Source: Haliotis rubra (taxonomy: Eukaryota). From it: a DNA stretch of 47,635 nt. The translations under genes and the position numbers were made by a program. Below the pieces are notes generated by a model. That model searched no databases, had not been told where the DNA came from, and saw nothing but the letters and a program-made list of their open reading frames with translations. Shown one piece after another: positions 37,458-47,635 of the stretch. Location of the stretch: contig NW_025767029.1 in the NCBI RefSeq assembly GCF_003918875.1, positions 558,001 to 605,635 of the forward strand. The letters are read 5' to 3'. Position 1 is the first letter of the stretch; every line of letters starts with the position of its first letter.

Positions 37458-37656
37458 ATATAGAACAAACTTTATGGATAACAACTTCTTTTTATTCGTG
37501 ACTGCGACGTTTCGATACAGATTCTTGTACCGTTGTCAAGCATTGGTACAAGAATCTGTATCGAAACGTCACAGTCACGAATAAAACGAAGTTGTTATCC
37601 ATAAAGTTTGTTCTATATTGTACTTCCCAACTTCTAAAATGCCTCTCAAAGAAGTT
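37458..37656. mobile_element. Penelope-like retroelement remnant (inverted pLTR-type palindrome)
   Basis: 75-bp arms (37457-37531 and 37545-37619, 2 mismatches) containing TCGAAACGTC...AATAAA; flanked by the 12-bp direct repeat ACCATACAGATA (37446-37457, 37657-37668). Confidence 0.7.
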
Positions 37657-37878
37657 ACCATACAGATAGTCTTCTGTTTAACATTTATAATCCACGACAA
37701 CATATGTCATAATGATTGTCATAATCTCAGATTTGATTCGCAATCCGGGAATCCTGGCTCGCTAGAGGGACCTCAGGTACAGCTTTCACCACACTGTCAT
37801 AAGGATTAAATACATATTGATATTCCTACCCGGAAACAAATTGCAATCATCCATTCGTCCATAGATTCCATGTCCTAC

Positions 37879-38005
37879 CTGTCTTGTTGATGATCTGTCT
37901 AGTGTCCGAGGCGTCTCTGGAGAAACCCATGTTGTCAGCGTAATTTTCGTACCGTTTGGAAAGCGTGCCATCGTAACCGTTGTTCAACCAGAACGACACA
38001 CCGGT
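37879..38005 (-). CDS. Dispatched-family protein, exon 5 of 9 seen
   Basis: gttacAG|TGVSFWLNNGYDGTLSKRYENYADNMGFSRDASDTRQIINKT(G)|GTAGG; 127 nt, phase 0/1, complementing the next exon. Confidence 0.8.
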
Positions 38006-38549
38006 CTGTAACAACCATACATATACCGTCAGCAGAACTGGTTTAATCTGAGAGAACTCTTAACCAAGGCATAATATTTGGAAGTAATTGGTTTCCTGAT
38101 ATGGACATGGCATGGCAGCCAGTGCCCACATCATACAATCACTTAAAGGAAAGAGCATCCCAGATAACTTAAAATTTCCAAATCGTGTTACACATTAGTT
38201 TGCAATAATGGTGGTGTGATAATAATGAGCGAATGGGGGAGACATTAAAACAGGGGGCTGAAGTACGAGGGTAGATGCTATCACCAACAACGATCGTGAA
38301 AGGGCGACAATGAGAAGGTGGGTAATTTCAACGTTGACGTTATTTAATCAGAGGTACAAGGACGGGCGGAGTTATTCGGAACTGATATAAATACAATGCA
38401 CGTGGCCAGCAAGGATTATGGCGATGGTTAAGGGGGCGTCTACAGTACATTCTGCTTAAATTTACATGGAATGTAAAATATACATCTACCCGAGCGAATG
38501 TAGAAGTTCTGGATAGGAGAGCTGATATGATCAATAGTAGGGCTTATAA

Positions 38550-39550
38550 TAACTTCTGGCTTATGAAGTTTGCCATGTTCCCGTCTGCTCAATTTTGTAT
38601 AAGCTTTGTGACGAATCCGTCATGTCGTACCAAGTCGAAGACCAGAAATACTTAGGATAGGTATTGTCCGCGTAAGTGAGCTTCTATATTTCCAGTCTTG
38701 GTGTATTGGTCGCTTTGATCTGGTTTGACGTGGTTTCAGGTTTCAAGGGGATGCATAAGATCTCGTAACCGTGGCTTCCAAAGTTTGAACATGTTTGAAG
38801 TGAGATAGCTCGATAAGTTTGTAGCGCTTCGTTTTTCCTTCCCTGGCTTTAGAAGCGGAATAACTGCCTCCTGGTCTACATGCAGTTTTACAGTGTCGCG
38901 TCAGGACCAGGTGCAGAACATGCCCTTACTATGCTGCATTGCACCAAACTCTGTCACAGCCAATAAATAGTATATTGTACACCAGATGTCTGCTGCTGTT
39001 TTATATCTTAGGTAGAAGCATTTTACCAGTTTGAAATCATTGCTGCGTGTATTTTGGCAGCTGATGAGAAGTGATCACCTAGATTGTTGGACTTTTCTTT
39101 GACCAAACTGGGGAATTGTGGGAGCTTTCCCTTCCCCCCTGATTGTATGTATGTTGTTTTTTCAGTTAGAGGTATGCAGAAATTCTGCCATGACTTGTCT
39201 TACTTTTGTCCTGACTGCTCGGGTTTGGGACTGATTTATCCCGTTTGACCTGTTGAGGACTTTCTTTCTCCTAGAGTTTGCTATTTCCCGTTCCACCATG
39301 TTAACGGAGTTTTGCGGGTTTGTAAGCTGTACTTTAAATTGACACTAATTGCTGAGGTGAGATTTTGGCAAAACACTCAGGATTATGGGAGGCAAACATA
39401 AGAGGATATGAAGGATGTACATTCCTTCCTGAATTTGGGGCAATCGACCCTTACACGTCCCATGTCCACTGATTGTGGTGACTACCCATATAGGTGAGTA
39501 TAGTGTCATCAAGGACTTGCGAATGGCAATGTCAGGAGAGGTTGGTTGTA
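38550..39550 (-). mobile_element. Highly decayed non-LTR retrotransposon ORF2 (APE-RT; I/Jockey-group-like)
   Basis: Motifs in the expected order across frameshifts on the minus strand: SPIWGS (~39490), WWN..EIANSRRERK (~39290), KSNNLGDHFS, SAPGPD (38900-38917), VIPLLKPGK (38838-38864), YRAISL..SNMFKL, FDLVRHDG...GNMANFISQ (~38620). Confidence 0.8.
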
Positions 39551-39983
39551 ACTATAATTTGACGGACCTCGGAATAAGTGATCAGTGTTAGCTAGCAGGG
39601 ACCTCAAATGCCCGAGAATAACCAGAATTGTGTTGTTACTAAAACAGGGAAAACACGATTAGCAAACTAACTATACGACCATCAGTAGAGATGTAGGTTC
39701 GAGAAATAACAGCTGAACATATGCTACTATTGGATAACAGTACACATTTACTATCAGATATTTATGATTTGTAAGATGGCAAAAATAGTCTTAAATACAT
39801 GGCAAATATCTACACAGCACAAGGTGATCCCGCTACATGGTCAAAATCAGTTTCTAACGCTTCTTCAATACATGAAAAATCTTGCCTACACATACAAGAT
39901 AACCCATTTCTTATAGGATTTCAGTGCATGATGAATGTAGGCAATTACACTGTAAACGAATAGAATGTATGTAGGACATAAAC

Positions 39984-40280
39984 TTCGATCCCCGGCCGCG
40001 TCATACCAAAAGACGTTAAGATACGGTACTTGTTGGTCCCTGCCTGGCGCTCGGCATTAATGGGTACAACAAGGACTGGTCGACTCGGAGTCAGTATAAT
40101 GTATCTGAGTGGGGTATTTATGCTATACTGCGGCATGGTATCTCAGTGAGCTAGCACTATAAAACCAGCTTTAGTCTGCGCTAGTACAAGACGCCACACA
40201 TACACATGCATGCACTTCGTCATATATTCGTCAAATATTCTTATAAAGAACGACGTTATACCAAATTTCACCTCACCTCA
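39984..40280 (+). mobile_element. 5'-truncated copy of tRNA-SINE family B
   Basis: Starts within the B box (TTCGATCCC), colinear with the reverse complement of 32592-32948, ends (CACCT)n; near-TSD GACATAAAC/GACAAAAAC. Confidence 0.88.
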
Positions 40281-40449
40281 GACAAAAACGTTAATGAATA
40301 TCGTCATGCCTGGCCGGGCCGAAGTGGGCCAAGCTGAACCGACCGTCCACAGCGATGAGCAGGTAACGTAGGGCGGTTAGTGGACAGTGAAGAGCATGGC
40401 TGTTTTCACTCCGGTGACAATGAGAACACATCGACTACATGACGCTTAC

Positions 40450-40572
40450 CTCGAAGTACCTGTAGAAGTTGGTCATGTCCTGAGATGCGTCATACAACTG
40501 TGGATTCCCCCCCATGAAGGCCGACATCGTGATCTCCGACAAGGGCAGGCCAGTAACATTGCTGGTGGAAGT
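40450..40572 (-). CDS. Dispatched-family protein, exon 4 of 9 seen
   Basis: ctcatatAG|TSTSNVTGLPLSEITMSAFMGGNPQLYDASQDMTNFYRYFE|GTAAG; 123 nt, phase 0/0. Confidence 0.8.
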
Positions 40573-40915
40573 CTATATGAGAAATGCAAACAGGTATAAA
40601 TAAAAAACAAGAAATTCATTTCACACATCTGATCACTGTATTTCTGTATTTATCAATGACGTCAGTTGTTGAAATAGCGACAGTTATATATTTCAAACTA
40701 CGAGTGTTTATGGCAGCATGTGACCAGGACTGTTAAAGTAAGGTCCTGCTGTGAGGGAGGAGTGGGAGACCGGAGAATGAGTTGAACAATGTCCGCCAGC
40801 ATGCAACCATGTTCCCGAGACAATAGTCTCCATTTGCCCAAAGTCTAATTTCTACCCTAGCCATTTCTAGACTACGTCACTCGGCTGAAACTTGTTCGTA
40901 ATCGAACCAGTGGTT

Positions 40916-41210
40916 GATATTGTGAGGAACAACTAAGTTCTTGGATGATATTTTGAGGAACAAGGAAGTTCTTGGATGATATTGTGAGGGACAAGGAAGT
41001 TCTTGGATGATATTGTGAGGAACAAGGAAGTTCTTGGATGATATTGTGAGGAACAAGGAAGTTCTCGGATGATATTGTGAGGGACAAGGAAGTTCTTGGA
41101 TGATATTGTGAGGAACGTCCAACGCAATCACTACCTACAACATGTGAGGAACGTCAAATGCAATCACTACCTACAAGTGAGGAACGTCCAATGCAATCAC
41201 TAATAACATG
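40916..41210. repeat. 31-bp minisatellite (~6 copies) followed by 3 copies of a related 32-36-bp unit
   Basis: GATATTGTGAGGAACAAGGAAGTTCTTGGAT, then GTGAGGAACGTCCAAYGCAATCACTACCTACAA. Confidence 0.92.
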
Positions 41211-41383
41211 CATAACATGTAATCAAGTCAGCCAGGGTCAGACCCGGGTTAGTTTCCAGATCCGTCAATGACAATTTACATTCCCAGTCGCAAATGGTCA
41301 TCCGTGGCCTTCTTCGTAGATCGACGCTACAGCTACAGCGATGTCCACGTCTTCAAATGGCTTCAAACTGGATATATACATAC

Positions 41384-41509
41384 GGGCATGTCTGTGTTGA
41401 AGTCCGTGATGAAGCAGTCGACGTCGGGGTAGCCGCTGATGCTGTCAAGACGTATCTTCAAGCTGGCAACCTCCGCGTCGCTCAAGTTGCGGAGTCTGGC
41501 ACACAGGTC
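41384..41509 (-). CDS. Dispatched-family protein, exon 3 of 9 seen
   Basis: ctacacAG|DLCARLRNLSDAEVASLKIRLDSISGYPDVDCFITDFNTDMP|GTATG; 126 nt; LC..L and CF..DF motifs typical of the Dispatched second extracellular domain. Confidence 0.85.
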
Positions 41510-41942
41510 CTGTGTAGAGATGACACGGGGGAGTATGGAATTACTTTTCCAGCTTGGGGTGATCGTTCCTTAAACCTACTGTGTACACATATACTATACT
41601 ATGGTTCCATCTGTATGTCATAAAACCTGTAGCAATGTACGTGTATTCACTTTGAACATGGTAGTTGAGGGGAAAGTGATATGAGAAAGATATTACCGGT
41701 TGACAACAATTTTGGCATACCAGCTACAACGTATGGAGGTTATAAGAAGAGCTTTTCCATCCTGTGTGTATATATTTTACGGTTAATCCACCAGCCTGGA
41801 GATTGAAGGCATACTTGTATCTAATGTAAAGACAGCATTGTGATGATGGGGTGTCATAAGGATGCTCTTACATCTGTATTTTAAGAGCAGTTCTCCTGTT
41901 ATGTCATGGGGTGATGTGTTTGAAGCATAATCTAATACTTAC

Positions 41943-42167
41943 AAAGAGGGCATTCTGTGCTGGTTTAGGATTGAGATCAAATCCTTCATCCCACACCGTT
42001 TTCCCAGTGCATTCGTAGTCCGTCTTGTGGCATGACGCCCGGTCTTGCCCCTTTAAACCCCATACCAAGTAAATCTTTATGACTTTGTCCTGGACACTAG
42101 GTTTGAACGAGTTGAGGTTGCGATCAATTGCCTTGCCGTAATTGTGGGAATCCTTGTAAATCTTGAT
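41943..42167 (-). CDS. Dispatched-family protein, exon 2 of 9 seen
   Basis: ataccAG|IKIYKDSHNYGKA...IYLVWGLKGQDRASC...GKTVWDEGFDLNPKPAQNALF|GTAAG; 225 nt; VWG and G...WD..FDL....AQ motifs. Confidence 0.9.
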
Positions 42168-42288
42168 CTGGTATTTGAAATAAAGACCATTAAGAAGCAT
42201 ACATGGTCAACGGAGACTATGATTTTACGATACATTTATACATATACGGTCAAGAGGGATCGTCGCTATCAGACAACCCCCATTTGTG

Positions 42289-42479
42289 AAGTGGGGAATC
42301 GAATCCGACCTTGTGTTTTGACGAGCGAATGCTTTAAGTAACAGTTCGAGTACTCTTCCCCCATCACCCAAACTTTAACCCCAAGTGGGGAATCGAATCC
42401 GAACTTGTGTTTTGACGAGCGAATGCTTTAAGTAACAGTTCGAGTACTCTTCCCCCATCACCCAAACTTTAACCCCAAA
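42289..42479. repeat. 94-bp tandem duplication including a tRNA-SINE head remnant
   Basis: AAGTGGGGAATCGAATCCGA.CTTGTGTTTTGACGAGCGAATGCTTTAA... at 42289 and 42383; the minus strand shows a B-box-like GATTCGATTCCC. Confidence 0.85.
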
Positions 42480-42502
42480 TTAACAACGCCTCTGTTACTT
42501 AC

Positions 42503-43938
42503 AGCTTCTTCCTCTGGCTTCAAAGTCGTCGCAAAGTAGATGAACACACTCAGTACGATTAAGCACAGTAAGACGAGGACCCATTTGATTATTTTGTGAC
42601 TAACGAAGGAAAAAAAGATGCCACGAAAAAAACGGACGATCGGGTGTTTCCGTTTTCCGTCTTTGAGATCGTGACTTGGCGAGATTTCCCGAGATTTCTT
42701 CTTGCAACAGCGGAAACACGGCCACGTCCAGTTCTCCCAGTGCTTGTGGTGCATGACAACAACAGTTGGGAAGAAGACGATGACGGAGATGTAGTTGACG
42801 AGGACCAAGATACCGGAGAAAAGACCAAAAGAAGACACAGCTAACAGGGGAGAAACGGCATTTACAAAGAAAGCTATCATGGTGGTTAGTGACGTCACGA
42901 ACATGGCTTTGGATGCTCGCCTGTAGCAGGCGGACACACGCTCCTCCAGGGATTCATGGTTCTCATGGGCCGTGGCCCTCCAGGTATCAAAGTAAACAAA
43001 CACATCGTCGGCACCGATACCCAGGATGATGAATATAGACAGGACATGGAAAATACCAAAATACTGAAAATCCAGCACTATTCTGTAGATCAAATTGGCT
43101 CCAAGAAAACTCGTTAAAACACTGAATAGGGCTAAACCTGTGATGAGCAAGGACTGAGTCTGGATAAGCATGAAGATAAATATGAATCCAAAGCTTCCTC
43201 CAGCGAGAAGCAAATCGAATATCACCTGTCGCTGAATGTCATAAGTGAAAAGACTTGTTGACGTGAAGATAAATGCCATTCCTCCGACACCCGTCTCCGT
43301 TTTGCTGTTTAGCTTGCTGCGGAAGTTTTCTACCAAGAAGTCCTGTCTTTGATCTTCATTGGCGTGTCCAAGGTAGATGATGGACCTTGTTATTGGGGAG
43401 GAGGTTCTATTTAGAGTTGCATTTATCTCGGCATTTTTCCCCAGGTGATACTGCAGCAGCTGGGCAGTGGCCGGATCGTTCATTGCGGCAGACAGTGTTC
43501 CAACAATATTGTCATAATTTACATCTGGTGTTATTGATGTTAAACTTCCATCAAAGAACCTGATAATTGAGAAAGGCTTTACACACTGTCCCGTTGCGTT
43601 TAATCTACAGAAGTTTCCATACTTTGGTTCCCCGACTAACTCGTTTTCCCAAACTGCAATTGCTTGGAGATTCTCTTTAGTGAAAACGTTACTACCTTCG
43701 TAGTACAACGTCAGCGTTTCCGTTGTCTCTGTTCTTTCTGCAGAGAACACGTCCAAACTCTTTGGTAGGATTATTGCATTGCTATCCGCCCTGAAAAAGG
43801 CTTCTCCCCGGAGGTAGGTCTCATCTTCTGTCAGCGTTAGGGGGACCCCGGTAAAGCTCAGCGGGAACAGGTTATATCCGCTCTGGACTAGAATTGCAGA
43901 CACCACTATCAGCAATATATGTCCACCAAGAGTCAGAC
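42503..43938 (-). CDS. Dispatched-family protein, large exon with sterol-sensing domain (5' exon(s) not found in window)
   Basis: Acceptor gtttgcAG| phase 1, donor GCT|GTAAG; contains TM1, the first extracellular domain, SSD FIILGIGADDVFVYFDTW, AMFVTSLTT and FGLFSGILVLVNY; the nine exons splice to about 954 aa. Confidence 0.93.
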
Positions 43939-45089
43939 CTGCAAACACAAATACACGATTAAGTCCTTACATCTATCCTAGGTACTTTCCTACCGCTAGT
44001 TTATGGCGGGTTTCAACATTTTACCACTGAATGGAAAAAACACTTTGGTAATGACAAAATGAAAATATAATCAGGATGACCTTTTTTCACAACAGGACTA
44101 CAGGATTCTGCCATGCTTAACGGAAGCAACACTGCACAGCGCATTTCCTTCCCGCAGTGTCTTATGAACGTCGATCGGCAGAGGGCCTCCATTACCCTAA
44201 GGTTTGGCCGTCTGGGTGTTTTTTTTCGACCAATCTCTGATTTCTTGAGCTTACAGAGGTTCGTGATAACCCTTATATTCTCACCATTCACCCTTTACAT
44301 TTTGAATCTTTAAGGTGGAATTATATGAATGAATGACAAACATCGTTATTGCCATCGGGCAGGTAGTATCAACTGTCAACTGTCAACTCTCAATATACTA
44401 TCAACCACTCTAAGATGAAAAGCAATTAGTTCTTCTCGGGTTCTAATTGCTTCTTTTTTCAGTTAGGATAATAATATTTGTTTCCACAGTAACAACGTTT
44501 TATGGTACAGTCGTTTTGAAGATGATGTTCATAGCAAATAGTGCATTCGTGCCATACATGTAGCCTGGCATTGGAATAAGGAAGATGACAAACACAGAAC
44601 AGACATTTAGGATTGTGTACATTTTGCGGATCTAAAGTATTTTTCAAGTGTATAAACATGCAAAATGAAGTTATTTCAGGCATCGTCTGTTTATTATGAC
44701 ATCAAAGAATACATAGATTATTTACAGCTCATCAACAAACTGTCTCCGATATCGTGCTTTAAGATATGAATCGATCATTTGAGCGATGAAGTTGTTCTGT
44801 GTTCTCATTGGCTGACAAGATATCATTCCAAGGTTATGACCGAGCAACAACTATTTACATAAGCAAGAACTAGGGAAATATACATTGACCCTACCTCCCC
44901 ACAAGAAAAAATGGAAGAGCTTGTTTGTTTTTGTTTTTTTGTGTCTTGTTTTTTTGTGTGTGTCTTCGGTTTTTTGTTTGAGTTGTTTTGATAAGCGGAC
45001 TGCTTGATTTATCCTTGTTATATGAACATTCTTATGTTTTTTTGCGGAGTTCCGGTTAAACCTGTTATACCTCACTTTTTAACAAGTAT

Positions 45090-45680
45090 ACATATTGTTA
45101 TAATATAAGAAATCTGACATTGTGGCAAAAGAGTGTTATAGAAGGTTTTACTCCTTTGTTTTTTCCACAAATACAGGATATGTTAAAAGGTAATATTGGG
45201 CTTTGAAACTCAGAACAGGTCTTTCCTATATCACTTATATGTTTAGTTCTGCGTAAGCCAACACCGCACATTTCATACCATCAAGATGCAAAAAGTTAAC
45301 CTTAGGTATACCTTATTTTTGTTCGATATCAGCTTTTTCTAAGAAGTTCCCATTAAGATCTAAGATATCATCCACAAAATGTATTCCCTTTTTTGCCATA
45401 TATTCATAATAAACATTTTTCCCTCTATTTGCATATTATTGTTGAACCATAGAGATTGGCAAAGAATATCTGAGTTTTCGTTTACCTCTGAATAACATTT
45501 CTTAAGGTAATGGCACCATACCGATAATATATCTTTCCAAAATGGGTTTGTAACATTTGGCATGATAGGGTTTCGTACATAATCTGCATCAGCAACATAG
45601 TTTAATCCTATCAGGTATGCATACATTGGCAATAGAAATACATATAAAATTTTCAGTGATGAATATGAATACAAGCAAGA
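45090..45680 (-). mobile_element. Decayed L1/Tx1-clade non-LTR retrotransposon ORF2 C-terminal fragment
   Basis: NPFWKDILSVW...QSLWFNNNMQIEGKMFIMNIWQK, then after a frameshift GIHFVDDILDLNGNFL...VNFL...KNKGVK; this pattern is typical of the post-RT region of Tx1-like elements. Confidence 0.75.
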
Positions 45681-45729
45681 TTGTGTTATGTTACTGTCAT
45701 GGGCAAGTCCATTTCTAAATTAGGGGTGG

Positions 45730-45807
45730 CCTGATTTTCTCATTCTGCCTACACTTTTATTATGTCCGTAGGCAGAATGATTTGTAGGCAGAATGAGAGT
45801 AAACCGT
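45730..45807. mobile_element. Terminal fragment of a small DNA element with internal short inverted repeats
   Basis: TCTCATTCTGCCTACA versus GTAGGCAGAATGA (twice), ending GAGTAAACCG|TA. Confidence 0.4.
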
Positions 45808-47097
45808 ACAAAGCCGTGTACAACATTGATGCAAATAAGGAGTTTTGATTATCCATGTATTTTAGTTATTATTTGTATTCAGAAGACTTCATTGGGGGGT
45901 GGTCTACGATTTTCATAAATAATGACTATCATAATAATTATAAGAATCATGATAATGGTTATGCCTTTTACATATAAAATATCTAATCGCAATTAATAGA
46001 AGGTAAGTTAATGAATTGCGACTAAAAGTGGCTATAGACTCAATATTAAAAGTAGGTTTTATGAGAGAGTATGAATTGAGTTTGTGATGGTTTGCTGTCA
46101 GCAGCATCCATTGGTCACCAAACGTAAAACTGCCTCATTGATCATACTGCATGACGTAGTATAGTATGACGTAATGTTGCGATGTAAGCCGATCACATAA
46201 ACGACGTCGAGCAACTCGGCCGGACACTAAAATACGCTAATGAATATTTCATGAGCTGCCAAACAGCACACTGACTGTGGACATATATACAGTAGTAAAA
46301 TATATGTAGGCCTCAAGCAATGCAGGTCTTACACGGTTGCCAATTACGAGCACGGCTGGCAAACCGGGGCAAATGAGATTCTCTGCACAACAAATATTTT
46401 TATGCGACTTTGTCAGCCGTGCCACCGCGCCGTGCAACATCGTCAGGGATAGTTATATTCATCGAACAGCAACAGTGGTCAAGTTCACCCCACACAGACA
46501 TAGGCTGAAGATCCAGGGATTAAAAAAAGGTCTTCACAGAACCGCTGGTGTTAATGTGAGCTGATTCACACGTACATTATCTTATGGCTTCTAGAAGGTA
46601 TATTGTAGATCATCAAGATAGTACTCGGGTTATACCATGACGTACTGGAAATGTTCCTGATCAATCTAAATCATGTAACGTACCATTTCTTTTTAGGGAT
46701 TCTACTGGTATGTCACTGAAGCAATCCTCTTTGAGTGCATTTCCGCTGTCTTAGTGCATTTCCGCAGGCCCAATCTGGACTGTTTTTATCATTTTGTCAC
46801 AAAACAATGGATATATTAAACGTCAGTGCAATAAGTAGCCAGCCTCGACTATCTCTAGAAACAGATTCCAATTGATACATAGGACAAATTAACTGTTCAA
46901 ATTATAGGACCACTGAAAGTCAGTGATGACACCAGAAGATAAGCATGTCCTGAGACGAGAGAAAGCTAAGCCAATAATTCATGAACCTAGACCATGGTGT
47001 CAGTGTAAAGCCAAAGTGGTGATACCAGGTGATCAATGACGAAGCAAGTGTAGTTCTTGGCACTCGGGATGTGTGATAACTAGTAGTTAAGATAACT

Positions 47098-47331
47098 ATA
47101 GGTTATCACGCGGGCGTTTTGGGATGGTTAATATCCTGCATTAGGAATAAACATTGTATTTAGCGGGTTTTGGCGAGCTAAACACATAGTGTTTATTCCT
47201 AATGCAGGATATGAATACACAATGCCATTTAGAAAGTGTTCAAATGTAACATGTGCTATATTTTACCGGAATAGCACATGTTATAATACAGGATAATAAC
47301 CATCACAAAACACACGAGTGTGATAACCTAT
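47098..47331. mobile_element. Small element with nested inverted repeats (Crypton-like non-autonomous type)
   Basis: Inner hairpin 47131-47212 (ATATCCTGCATTAGGAATAAACA / TGTTTATTCCTAATGCAGGATAT) and outer IR 47098-47143 vs 47284-47331. Confidence 0.55.
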
Positions 47332-47635
47332 TCACCATACAATGTCATTCTTACGTTATGTTTTAAAAAATGCGATTTCATAGTGGAATTTCTCCAGTTC
47401 CTGGTTTGATGTCATTCTTCCCATGCTTATTCTATAACTACTGAGCACTTGTACACGCACGGACCTCTCACGATATGGGAAAATGACACACTCGGTAAAT
47501 TTGTTTACATTTCAAACAAATGATGTTTTTCGAGTACGGCGTTCGATTTCACACTGGATGTATTAGGTTGACTGAACCGAGACTCTTTGTATTGGCGACA
47601 AATACCATTTGTCATTTTATTGTCAAATGCATGAG

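Noticed and set aside
43949-47635. Search for the first coding exon(s) of the Dispatched-like gene
   Set aside because: No convincing phase-1 exon with a start codon was found; it probably lies beyond the window or is too short to recognise.

Overview
Eukaryotic, AT-rich, intron-containing animal DNA; the short-retroposon families resemble those I recall from gastropod molluscs (abalone-like), which is an inference. Three spliced protein-coding genes can be rebuilt from GT-AG exons with consistent phases. (1) The last three exons of a TTC27-like TPR gene (+, 125-4186). (2) A complete two-exon F-box/LRR gene of about 649 aa (+, 7097-7975 and 20450-21520) with one 12.5-kb intron. (3) Nine exons (about 954 aa, 5'-incomplete) of a Dispatched/Patched-family sterol-sensing RND-type transporter (-, 43938-29682). 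The non-coding DNA is crowded with repeats: a three-level nested DNA-transposon stack with intact TSDs, a Kolobok-like TTAA element carrying a THAP fragment, several SINE-like families, two decayed LINEs, a Penelope-like palindrome and several minisatellites. No prokaryotic-type system, CRISPR array, rRNA or tRNA gene is present. The best leads for something new are RNA-structural. One is a pseudoknotted 5' head, with a compensatory base change between copies, on an abundant retroposon that lacks a tRNA head. The other is a variant minimal hammerhead-like motif in the Penelope-like palindrome. All assignments are by eye and need database confirmation.
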